IMG/VR virus record: IMGVR_UViG_3300044641_004951
Coordinates: 1 to 63,098 of that record
Length of the DNA: 63,098 bases
Source: a virus
Taxonomy: Duplodnaviria > Caudoviricetes
Reading direction: 5' to 3' (one strand)
Both the position numbers and the translations under genes were made by a program. Shown here one piece after another: positions 1 to 8,322 of this stretch. The notes beneath the pieces are model-generated. The model was not told where the DNA came from, searched no databases, and saw only the letters and a program-made list of their open reading frames with translations. Position 1 is the stretch's first letter. Each line of letters starts with the position of its first letter.

Positions 1-440
1 GTCCATTCGGGACCAAAAAATGGAAGTATTTGTTCTAGTATCCTCGTTCCATCCTCGGCATTTTTTACAGCCACGAACAAAGTAAAATCTATATCATACG
101 GAACTGGATTATAAACGTATTTGTGCTGTTCAGAATTAAGTGTATTAATGTATACGTTATGCTTTTTTATTGTGGGTAATTTTCTTTCAGCAGCATAATC
201 AAGACCTGTCATTTCAAAGGCCATAGCTGGCAAATTAATCTGAAATGGTCTATTTAGATTAGGATCACTATCGGCTCTAGTAAGTATCTTTGTCTTTGGC
301 CCGTAAGTAATAGGTACTTTTAATGTCTGTACGTTATTATTGGAATCGTCAACTCTGTTAAGATAGATGTTGTTGAATAGGGTGCCGAAAAGAGTAACGT
401 ATTTTCTAAGAGTCTTGTGATAAAAAGTCTGGTAAAACAT
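1..440 (-). CDS. gp15: Tail sheath stabilizer / tail completion protein (T4 gp15-like), 3' end runs off the window
   Basis: Not in the ORF track. Manual translation from ATG at 440 gives MFYQTFYHKTLRKYVTLFGTLFNNIYLNR...KVPITYGPK...PVPYDIDFTL...ILEQILPFF, the typical gp15 pattern. It overlaps the gp14 stop (TAATG). Confidence 0.9.
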   Translation of the reverse strand, partial: MFYQTFYHKTLRKYVTLFGTLFNNIYLNRVDDSNNNVQTLKVPITYGPKTKILTRADSDPNLNRPFQINLPAMAFEMTGLDYAAERKLPTIKKHNVYINTLNSEQHKYVYNPVPYDIDFTLFVAVKNAEDGTRILEQILPFFGPEW

Positions 441-1177
441 TAATACGTCCCTTCACTGAAAGGATCTTTTTCGCTGAAATCTATGAAGTCATCTGACTCA
501 CTTTGTATTTCATCGTTATCACCTAATGAATTAGTCTCATCAAGAGTAATCTTATATCCGTCTTCAGTAAGTAGATAATACGGATTAGTATCTTCTGTAA
601 TTAATGCGTATTCAGAAATATCTTGGGAGAAATTATTTTGAGTTAAGTAGTTATCGATGTATAACGTGTCTATAATGCTTATACCGGTATCGAATCTTTC
701 ACTACTATACTGGAACAATTCACAAGTTAAGTCATATGTTTGAAGAGTTCCTAATTGATAAAATATTGCTTCATGCTCAACAAATTTAATCTCAAATATC
801 TTGTTGTTTAGCGGAAGAAAAATTAAGTCACCCTCTTTAGGACGGTACAGATCTAAACCTGCTGCACCAGCTTCTTCCCCGAACACACGTTGAGAAATTG
901 TAAATGTGACCCTGTCTCTTATTTCAAGACCAAACTTAGACATAAAGTCGCCGTCACCTTGAAAGCCATCTACACTTCTTACGTACATCTCAACAGCAAA
1001 TGCCTTATTAAAGTGTGAAAGAGTATCTTCACCGTAAATTTGATCATATGCTTCTCTAACTCTTGGCATAAAATACATATCAAGACCGTAAATGCGAATA
1101 CTCTCAATAATGAGATCTTCGATTAATTGCTGCTCTTGACTAGAGCCAAAGTTATTAAAGTATACGCTTGTGGCCAT
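440..1177 (-). CDS. gp14: Neck protein (T4 gp14-like)
   Basis: EQQLIEDLIIESIRIYG, GDFMSKFGLEIRD, RPKEGDLIFLP and terminal DFSEKDPFSE motifs; gp13-14-15 synteny. Confidence 0.93.
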   Translation of the reverse strand: MATSVYFNNFGSSQEQQLIEDLIIESIRIYGLDMYFMPRVREAYDQIYGEDTLSHFNKAFAVEMYVRSVDGFQGDGDFMSKFGLEIRDRVTFTISQRVFGEEAGAAGLDLYRPKEGDLIFLPLNNKIFEIKFVEHEAIFYQLGTLQTYDLTCELFQYSSERFDTGISIIDTLYIDNYLTQNNFSQDISEYALITEDTNPYYLLTEDGYKITLDETNSLGDNDEIQSESDDFIDFSEKDPFSEGTY

Positions 1178-1178
1178 A

Positions 1179-1922
1179 TTAACCTATCATATCGGCTACT
1201 GGCAAGCTATAACTACTGATCATCTCTTGTTCCAACTTCATTATTTCTTCTTTAGCGTCATTTAGAATTTTTTCGCCATTAAACTGAACGCCGCCAGGAA
1301 GTGTTAGCCCTATAAATTTAGTCAGATTAGTTCCCCATTGATACTTTATCTTAGCTGATGCATATTCTTGAAGCCATCTATCTCCCCAGGCATCCGTATA
1401 AGTAGCGGGGTTGATAACTTCATACGCTTCAACTAACAAATATTCACCGGTATTAATGGAATTCCAATCCATATCAACATACAGTTTGTTAGTATGTCTG
1501 TTAAATCGTATCGGCTGCTTACCTACAAGCATCTCAGTAACAAGCCCTAAATGCTGCATGACCATGTAATAAGGAATCATACTTACTGAAGTAAGTGTGT
1601 ATAGGTCATTTAAGGCAATTTGATATCGTATATTAAATAAATCGTCTGATCTAATCGATGGGTCACCAATAGAAAATATTCTTACAGCTCCCAAAATATT
1701 TTCTGGTAGAGTAATGTACTTGTTAGCTTTATCAGTATCAGTTACTTGATGCTTGTAGTAAATCTTTTCCGAACCGTCAAAGTGATAGTCATAGTAATAC
1801 TTTAAAGATTCATCAATTCTATCTTCTATTTGATCTTCATCTACGTTAATTTCAATAACGGGCTTACCTAGCTTTCTCAAGCAATACTCTTTAAATTCTG
1901 TTCTTGTTGTAGGTATAGCCAT
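1179..1922 (-). CDS. gp13: Neck protein (T4 gp13-like)
   Basis: EYCLRKLGKPVIEINVDEDQIEDRID and QWGTNLTKF...LPGGVQFNG motifs. Confidence 0.93.
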   Translation of the reverse strand: MAIPTTRTEFKEYCLRKLGKPVIEINVDEDQIEDRIDESLKYYYDYHFDGSEKIYYKHQVTDTDKANKYITLPENILGAVRIFSIGDPSIRSDDLFNIRYQIALNDLYTLTSVSMIPYYMVMQHLGLVTEMLVGKQPIRFNRHTNKLYVDMDWNSINTGEYLLVEAYEVINPATYTDAWGDRWLQEYASAKIKYQWGTNLTKFIGLTLPGGVQFNGEKILNDAKEEIMKLEQEMISSYSLPVADMIG

Positions 1923-1939
1923 AATAGTCCTTTTTATTG

Positions 1940-1947
1940 TATTTATA
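1940..1947 (-). promoter_or_regulatory. T4-type late promoter TATAAATA upstream of gp13
   Basis: Exact TATAAATA on the minus strand, 17 nt before the gp13 start. Confidence 0.8.
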
Positions 1948-1956
1948 TGTATGTAA

Positions 1957-2733
1957 TTATTTACGTAACGTTCTATCTAGCTTAGTAGTATCGGCGCAAG
2001 TGTATTCCTGATAACTTGGCTTTAAGTAATCCGGCATCTTTAAGTACTTTATACTATCGTACGGAGCGACACTTAATGCGACATCTAAAAAGCTTTTGGT
2101 GCTACCAGTTCCTACATTCCAAATACCAGATTCTTCTACGTTTAAAAACTTTTTATGCACATTACAAACGTAGTCCACATGTACAAAATCCCTTACATAG
2201 TATTCACTATTTTCAAATACTAATACTCTACCAGTTTCATTATATTGCTTTTTAAATTTATGATAGGGACTTGCCATATCTCCTTTATGTTCTTCTCCTG
2301 GACCGTATACATTAAAATATCTAAATCCTTGAATAATTATATCGGCGTTACTTAATGAATTAACATGCCTTTCAAAGAGATATTTTGACCATGCGTAAGG
2401 AGTACGTGGATCTATTATCGTATTTTCTACAAATGGCTTTTTGAGCCCGTAGTAATTGCCGTAGACACTTGCAGAACTTGAGTATTGAAAATTAACCTTG
2501 TGCTTAATACATTCATCTAGTAACCTAATACTAAAATCTAAATTCTGCGTTAATACCTTTTCTACGTTTCTTTCAGTAGTTGAGCTTATTGCCCCTATAT
2601 GTAATACCCAGTCGCAATCGCTTACATCTGGTAACTCATCTCCCCATTCATATGTAGTTACTTCATGATCTATAAGATATGATAGTAAATTAGAACCTAT
2701 AAAGCCTTTATGACCAGTCAAAAGTATTTTCAT
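1957..2733 (-). CDS. hldD: ADP-L-glycero-D-manno-heptose 6-epimerase-like extended SDR
   Basis: TGHKGFIGS Rossmann motif, HIGAISSTTE, YSSSASVYG, YAWSK (YxxxK), GFRYFNVYGPGEEHKGDMAS and YQEYTCAD match HldD/RfaD patterns. Confidence 0.88.
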   Translation of the reverse strand: MKILLTGHKGFIGSNLLSYLIDHEVTTYEWGDELPDVSDCDWVLHIGAISSTTERNVEKVLTQNLDFSIRLLDECIKHKVNFQYSSSASVYGNYYGLKKPFVENTIIDPRTPYAWSKYLFERHVNSLSNADIIIQGFRYFNVYGPGEEHKGDMASPYHKFKKQYNETGRVLVFENSEYYVRDFVHVDYVCNVHKKFLNVEESGIWNVGTGSTKSFLDVALSVAPYDSIKYLKMPDYLKPSYQEYTCADTTKLDRTLRK

Positions 2734-3089
2734 TTCTGACTGTCTCCTTTACCGACTCTATAATTATCTTCTACACTATCTGGCGTGCTCACCTCTACAA
2801 TAGTACCTGCTTCAATGCATGTAACCTGATGAGGTTTAAGCGGTTCATTATGCCACGTGTCACCAGCTTCAATAATTTTTTGATATATCGAGGCGTTCTT
2901 TGTATCTATACATTCAACTAAAAATTTTCCATCTAAAACATACCAAGTCTCTTCTTTTTGTGCGTGAAAATGCATGCTGCATTTAGCACCGTAGTTAAAT
3001 TTAAGAAGCTTGCCACAATATGAATCATTTGAAACCCATATTAGTTCGTGCCCCCATCCTTTCTTTACGAAGCCATTTTGCCTTGACAT
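2730..3089 (-). CDS. Cupin-fold protein (sugar isomerase-like)
   Basis: KGWGHELIW...SMHFHAQKEETWYV...PLKPH...EVSTPD cupin metal-binding pattern; overlaps both heptose-pathway neighbours. Confidence 0.75.
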   Translation of the reverse strand: MSRQNGFVKKGWGHELIWVSNDSYCGKLLKFNYGAKCSMHFHAQKEETWYVLDGKFLVECIDTKNASIYQKIIEAGDTWHNEPLKPHQVTCIEAGTIVEVSTPDSVEDNYRVGKGDSQK

Positions 3090-3826
3090 AATATTTCCTT
3101 TAAAGACGGTGCGTATACGCCGATATGTTTCACAGTAATAGACGCAGCAGATATTGCAAATTTAATAGACTGATCATAGTTAAAAGACAACAAATACTGA
3201 TATGCAAACGCAGATAAAAATGTATCTCCAGCGCCACACACATCAGTTATTTCTACGTGTGGAACTTCATATTTTTTATCTCTAAATGTAACGTCTTTCG
3301 ATCCATTCGTTACAATCAAATGGTATGGTAAAGTTTTTGCTTTACTGTATTCAATAGAGTTTATCTTAACAATTCCACCGCTAAATCTTTGTAGATCAGT
3401 TTTTTTCGTGTCTATGATGACTACTTTACCAATCTGAATGAGTCTTTCGATTAATTCATAAGTGACAAAGCCTTTATCATAATCTGAAACGATGAATGCA
3501 TCTACAGATGTATCGAATTTAGTATCGGTTAAAAGAGGATCCGATTTAACATCTTGATCGATTCGAAGTATGTGCTGTTTAGATTTAGAATCTATCATGC
3601 GTATCTTTGTTGACGGTACACCAAAGTATGATGTAACTTGTACGCCTAATGCTTCAAGGTTCTTAAGAACGTTTGATGCCATTCCATACTTAATCTCCAC
3701 GCTATCTTTGACGAAGATAGGCACCGGTGCTTCTGGGCTAATTCTGTCTATATGCCCATAGTGATATTCATCGATGCACGTGTCGCCGATTAATATAACT
3801 TTCAATTGTTTCTGTTGTTGATTCAT
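3065..3826 (-). CDS. hldA: D-glycero-beta-D-manno-heptose-7-phosphate kinase (RfaE/HldE domain I, PfkB family)
   Basis: IGDTCIDEYHYGHIDRISPEAPVP, VSDYDKG and DVCGAGDTF PfkB signature. Confidence 0.88.
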   Translation of the reverse strand: MNQQQKQLKVILIGDTCIDEYHYGHIDRISPEAPVPIFVKDSVEIKYGMASNVLKNLEALGVQVTSYFGVPSTKIRMIDSKSKQHILRIDQDVKSDPLLTDTKFDTSVDAFIVSDYDKGFVTYELIERLIQIGKVVIIDTKKTDLQRFSGGIVKINSIEYSKAKTLPYHLIVTNGSKDVTFRDKKYEVPHVEITDVCGAGDTFLSAFAYQYLLSFNYDQSIKFAISAASITVKHIGVYAPSLKEILCQGKMAS

Positions 3827-4181
3827 TATTTACTCTGTCAAAAAATAACAATGACTCTGAGTATTCTGAGCCAATTACTTTTTTATTTTTCCAATCTGAA
3901 CCTACTATCATTATATCAGGCGAGTATTTTCTAATAGTCTCTTCTAGTTCTTCATCCGTATCAAAAACACTCACTGAATCTACGAATTTCAGACAGCTCA
4001 TTAACTTAACTCTATTGAGTTGGTTATTTATAGGTCTATCAGGGCCTTTCTTTTCTGCAATACGTCGATCGGTGTCTAATGCGACGTGTAGATGAGTTCC
4101 GTTGCTCTTTGCAAATTCAAGTAAACTAAGGTGACCAGTATGTAAAAGGTCAAACGAGCCATTAACAAAAACCTTAGTCAT
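3768..4181 (-). CDS. hldC: Heptose-1-phosphate adenylyltransferase (RfaE/HldE domain II, cytidylyltransferase family)
   Basis: NGSFDLLHTGH (HxGH), KGPDRPIN, VGSDW and C-terminal STT motif; adjacent to the kinase half. Confidence 0.82.
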   Translation of the reverse strand: MTKVFVNGSFDLLHTGHLSLLEFAKSNGTHLHVALDTDRRIAEKKGPDRPINNQLNRVKLMSCLKFVDSVSVFDTDEELEETIRKYSPDIMIVGSDWKNKKVIGSEYSESLLFFDRVNNESTTETIESYINRRHVHR

Positions 4182-5026
4182 AGACCCATTTTTTGGCGTA
4201 TCTCTGTAGCAGAAATCTTGGTAATCTCTTCACCGAACTGTTCTTGCTCAATTGTGTATCCTACGCCTCTACCGTAACCAATATGCACAATATTCGGCAC
4301 AACTAAAATATCATATTGACCCTGATAAAGAATGTCTAGGTCTCTACGGATATAATTCTTGACTTGATCACTGTTAAAAGGATTGGAATCATTCCAGCCT
4401 TGACAATCTCGAATCATAATGCACACTTGGCCGGTCTTTTGTATGAGTCTTTCGAATAGCGCACGGTGGCCTTCGTGCCATGGCTGCCATCTACCAAGCA
4501 TCTGAACAGTTTCTTTTTTCCAGCTAAAAGTAGGTCTACGCCTTTTGTAAAGAATATGATCACCTACAAACTCTACCCATTTCTCAGCATTCTTCTCATT
4601 TATTCTAAAATCGTAGATATCAGGTTGTACGAATGCTTTATTTGTATCTTCATATCGACCGGCATCAATGGTATCCATCCAAATAGTCCAATCGGCTTTA
4701 AAATTGTGGCGCATCTCGGGTAGCGGTGCGACGAAATCGCAAATTACGTAATCACCACTACACTTAAGTGCAAATTCTGCCATGCGTAATGACTGACGAA
4801 TTCTACCCTCGTGAGAAAAATCCCAATCATTAAACTTTTTACGTATTTCATCTGCATTAAACCAATCTACTTTAGATTTATAATGCATAGGTGGCAATTC
4901 GTACTGTGCCATTCTGTACATTGGCATAGAGTCAAAGTTTGAGTTATCTTCGAGATATTTTTTAAGTCGTTCGGCAAAATACGTTTTGCCCGATCCAGGA
5001 AGACCCATGATGAGAATTTTTTCCAT
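4178..5026 (-). CDS. Fusion of an adenylylsulfate-kinase-like P-loop domain and an HxGH nucleotidyltransferase domain
   Basis: N-terminal GLPGSGKT, NADEIR...DFSHEGRIRQ (CysC-like); C-terminal GRWQPWHEGH and ISATEIR. Confidence 0.7.
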   Translation of the reverse strand: MEKILIMGLPGSGKTYFAERLKKYLEDNSNFDSMPMYRMAQYELPPMHYKSKVDWFNADEIRKKFNDWDFSHEGRIRQSLRMAEFALKCSGDYVICDFVAPLPEMRHNFKADWTIWMDTIDAGRYEDTNKAFVQPDIYDFRINEKNAEKWVEFVGDHILYKRRRPTFSWKKETVQMLGRWQPWHEGHRALFERLIQKTGQVCIMIRDCQGWNDSNPFNSDQVKNYIRRDLDILYQGQYDILVVPNIVHIGYGRGVGYTIEQEQFGEEITKISATEIRQKMGL

Positions 5027-5035
5027 TATATACCT

Positions 5036-5791
5036 CTATTGCGGTTTGCAGAGGACGTTATTACCAATAACGTCATATCCATAATCAATATTATCTAAGA
5101 AAGCTTTTATTTCTTCAAAGATAGTTTTTCTATTGTCACAGTGCTCTATAAAGATTACTGGTAAGTGCTTCTTAATAGTATTTAATCCACCGGTCAGTAC
5201 GTCTAAATCCATACCTTCTACATCGATCTTTAACAGATGAATTTTAGGAATATTGTAATACTCCATAAACCAGTCCAAGGTATTAATAGACACCGTGATT
5301 TTGTTCTTGCTAGCTGGCACTATATCTTCTACTAAACTAAATGTACCGAAGTCACAATTTTGAAAGTAATTTGGTTCTTGAAACTCAACCTTGGTATTTT
5401 CTTTGCCGATTCCAATATTGTATGCGTATACGTTATACAAATTATTAATTGCTGCGTTACCTGCTAGCATCTGAAATACTGCACGCTGAGGTTCAAAAGC
5501 ATATACTTTACCATTAGGAAATGCCTTGGCCATCCAGGTGGTAAAGGTGCCTATGTTAGCACCAATATCGAAAATCACCGGCTCTGTGAATTCCTTAATG
5601 GTGTTATAGCAGTTAGCGGCCTCAATAGTTGACGTATTGCCGTGGTCAAGTAACCATTGTCCGTGCCCTACGCCCTCATGATTGCAATCAAAGCGGTTTA
5701 CAATCATGAGCCCGTGGTCACAACTTAACAAAACATTGCGGTGAATCTTGTCACCGATATTGAATATCATTTCTGATACTTGTGAAACCAA
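5036..5791 (-). CDS. FkbM-family methyltransferase
   Basis: FDIGANIG, AFEPQ, LKIDVEGMDLDVL, PVIFIE. Confidence 0.88.
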   Translation of the reverse strand: MVSQVSEMIFNIGDKIHRNVLLSCDHGLMIVNRFDCNHEGVGHGQWLLDHGNTSTIEAANCYNTIKEFTEPVIFDIGANIGTFTTWMAKAFPNGKVYAFEPQRAVFQMLAGNAAINNLYNVYAYNIGIGKENTKVEFQEPNYFQNCDFGTFSLVEDIVPASKNKITVSINTLDWFMEYYNIPKIHLLKIDVEGMDLDVLTGGLNTIKKHLPVIFIEHCDNRKTIFEEIKAFLDNIDYGYDVIGNNVLCKPQ

Positions 5792-6378
5792 TCCTCAAAG
5801 CGACCTGGCTTATGTACTTTAATGAATATATTTACGCTCTCGACTACGTTTGACATAGTGTTGAGATTAATGTCCATTTGCCTTGGGCCTAGCATTCCAT
5901 CGCGCTGTAGCTGTAGCCAGTAGTTAATCATGTTGTATGTTGTGTCATATACTTCTAGATCAATGCCGTGATAAAGACCGAATGTACTGTCACTGAGTTT
6001 CTTTTCGATAGATTCAAAGTTGACTTTTTGGTCAAACATTTTGAACGTTTTAGCTGACAAAGGTCGAACATGCGTATAATCATCCCAGTATAAATCACAT
6101 CTGTGATGAGGTACGTTAATGAACCATTCCGCACCGTCTTTACTAACGCGATACATTTCTTTAATGACGTTCGTAAACACCTTAGGACTTTGACCTAGAT
6201 GCTCAAGAATATTATCGGCATTAATTTTAACGAAGAAATTATCTTCATATGGCCATGGAGTGACTTCAAAGTCTAGAACTTCATCTGGGTTACATTTTTT
6301 CTCAATATCAACGTTCCAATGATCATTGAGTTTCTTGAACCCGCAGCCCATATTTAGTTTTGTATGTTCAGGCGTCAT
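5767..6378 (-). CDS. Class I SAM-dependent methyltransferase
   Basis: KLNMGCG, NVDI, ILEHL, EMYRV..., DYTHVR. Confidence 0.8.
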   Translation of the reverse strand: MTPEHTKLNMGCGFKKLNDHWNVDIEKKCNPDEVLDFEVTPWPYEDNFFVKINADNILEHLGQSPKVFTNVIKEMYRVSKDGAEWFINVPHHRCDLYWDDYTHVRPLSAKTFKMFDQKVNFESIEKKLSDSTFGLYHGIDLEVYDTTYNMINYWLQLQRDGMLGPRQMDINLNTMSNVVESVNIFIKVHKPGRFEDWFHKYQK

Positions 6379-6387
6379 TATGAATCC

Positions 6388-7194
6388 TTAAATCCAGGCA
6401 TCCCAGAAAATCTCTCTGTTGTACTGCTCGTACAGGTCTAAGCCGAGATATTCAACACAGTTCACAGTTGTTTTCTCAAGGGACGGCTTGACTTTATGAA
6501 GATTTGGAAGCCCGATTGCAAGATCATTATACGTCTCTGCCTGTTCAATTTTTGCAAAATCGTGCTTAAATTCCGGTAGTTCAAAGAAGTCGTAAATTCT
6601 CTTTGTCTGACTCTTTGGGCTATTGCAGAATCTGTTGTAATCCACGAACAGAAAACGATCAATATAACCCATTGTAATAGCGTCTTTGAGATTTCTATGG
6701 CTAAGACCTAAAGCGCCTTCGGGCCCGGCATAATAATACGCTCTTGATGCAATGTTAGAGCCTTCCCTGAGATGTGCGTCCACGTTAGTGAAGAACAGAG
6801 GATTTTCTTTACGCATTCTTTCAAATGACGTTAGAATCTCTGCTGGATTTCTAACGCAAATGACCATCTTTACTTGTCTTTGAAGGATAGCTTCAAGTTG
6901 TCCGATAAGCGGTACCCAGCCTCTGTCCTTATCAAATACGATTGGTTTATCGATGTGAGAATAGTATCCTTCTAGAACACCTCTAAGTACACCTGCTTTT
7001 GCTTGATCGTTTCTGTATTCTTTATTGCTGTCGATGCTACCCCAACTAGCATTTACCGAGCCAAAAATTGAAGAGAGAGAGGTTACGGATTCTCCATGCA
7101 CTTCGGGATTCTGCTTGATAAGATTGGTTATAAGAGTAGAACCTGATCTAGGTAGACCGGAAATAAAATGTAAATTATCTTTGTTCATCATCAC
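6388..7194 (-). CDS. Sulfotransferase-family protein
   Basis: 5'-PSB loop SGLPRSGSTL and 3'-PB motif VRNPAEILTSF. Confidence 0.82.
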   Translation of the reverse strand: MMMNKDNLHFISGLPRSGSTLITNLIKQNPEVHGESVTSLSSIFGSVNASWGSIDSNKEYRNDQAKAGVLRGVLEGYYSHIDKPIVFDKDRGWVPLIGQLEAILQRQVKMVICVRNPAEILTSFERMRKENPLFFTNVDAHLREGSNIASRAYYYAGPEGALGLSHRNLKDAITMGYIDRFLFVDYNRFCNSPKSQTKRIYDFFELPEFKHDFAKIEQAETYNDLAIGLPNLHKVKPSLEKTTVNCVEYLGLDLYEQYNREIFWDAWI

Positions 7195-7229
7195 TCCATT
7201 AGATATAGTTAATTATATAGGTTAATTTT

Positions 7230-8288
7230 TTAGCTTTCTTTTTCTACTGGTTTAGGAAAGAGTCTGCTCAATTCATCCGATACTTCGGCGAATGTGTCAT
7301 CCCATTTGCCGAATTTTTTCTGCCTGAACACCGTAGTGGTTTCTTCATACCACGGGCTATGCTTATCACCGTGCGCCCAAATATGGTACGGTAATAAAGG
7401 CACTATGACCCATGTAGGTTTGCCCATAGCAGATGCTAGGTGCGCTATACTTGTACACGATGTTATAACTAAATCGAGATTTTGAATACATGCAGCAGTA
7501 TCTTCCCATGACATTATTAGATGTTGGAGATCGGAGATTTCATCTGGTAGTTCTCTCACATCAGTATCTCTCTGCAGACTATAAAATTGAATATGATCTC
7601 TGTCTTTATAAAGATTTATTAATTTCTCTGCTGGAAATAAACGAAACTGTTGATGCTCGAAAAGTGGGCTGCCGCTCCACCGAATACCTACTTTAATTTT
7701 AGTTGTATTGAGTATTGATTTCCATATATCTACACTTTCAGATTTAGCAAATAGGTAAGGTTGATTAGGCAATGTTTCAAATGAGTGCCCAAAAAGCCAA
7801 CTACAACTAAAACCTGGAATCCAATAATCATGAAAAGTAGAACTAACTTGTTCTAGTGTAATGCATTTATGTGTACCGGGTATTCTATTGAACAATGGAT
7901 GCAATGATTTTTCACAACAATGAATTGCTATACCTCCACGTTTCCACACTTCAGTAGCAAACCTAGCATAGATAATTTGATCTCCGAACCCACATTCCAT
8001 ATTAAGAATGACGGTTTTGCCGGTCAGATCATCTTCACCATTCCAAATAGGTTTCGTAGTGTTTATTTTACCGGAACCGTAAACTTTGAGTGCTCTACCG
8101 TATTCTAGGCACTGAAACCCTTCTCGTAGTTTACCCTGATTGATAAGGAACCAACCTCGATTAAACTTAGCTCTGGGATCGGTTGGATCGTTAGCCTCCA
8201 TTTGCTCGGCTAATTTCCAACCCTCTTCAAATCTACCACGTATCATTAGATTTAATTGCTGATCTATCAAATGCATAGTTAACCTCAT
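7230..8288 (-). CDS. TPR-containing GT-B glycosyltransferase (GT9/heptosyltransferase-like C-terminus)
   Basis: TPR-like N-terminus, ECGFGDQIIYARF, KVGIRWSG, FYSLQ, DTAACIQNLDLVITSCTSIAHLASAMGKPTW. Confidence 0.75.
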   Translation of the reverse strand: MRLTMHLIDQQLNLMIRGRFEEGWKLAEQMEANDPTDPRAKFNRGWFLINQGKLREGFQCLEYGRALKVYGSGKINTTKPIWNGEDDLTGKTVILNMECGFGDQIIYARFATEVWKRGGIAIHCCEKSLHPLFNRIPGTHKCITLEQVSSTFHDYWIPGFSCSWLFGHSFETLPNQPYLFAKSESVDIWKSILNTTKIKVGIRWSGSPLFEHQQFRLFPAEKLINLYKDRDHIQFYSLQRDTDVRELPDEISDLQHLIMSWEDTAACIQNLDLVITSCTSIAHLASAMGKPTWVIVPLLPYHIWAHGDKHSPWYEETTTVFRQKKFGKWDDTFAEVSDELSRLFPKPVEKES

Positions 8289-8302
8289 GTACCATAAATG
8301 TA

Positions 8303-8310
8303 TATTTATA
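8303..8310 (-). promoter_or_regulatory. T4-type late promoter heading the modification-enzyme operon
   Basis: Exact TATAAATA on the minus strand just upstream of the 8288 ORF. Confidence 0.75.
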
Positions 8311-8322
8311 CACTAAACTAAA

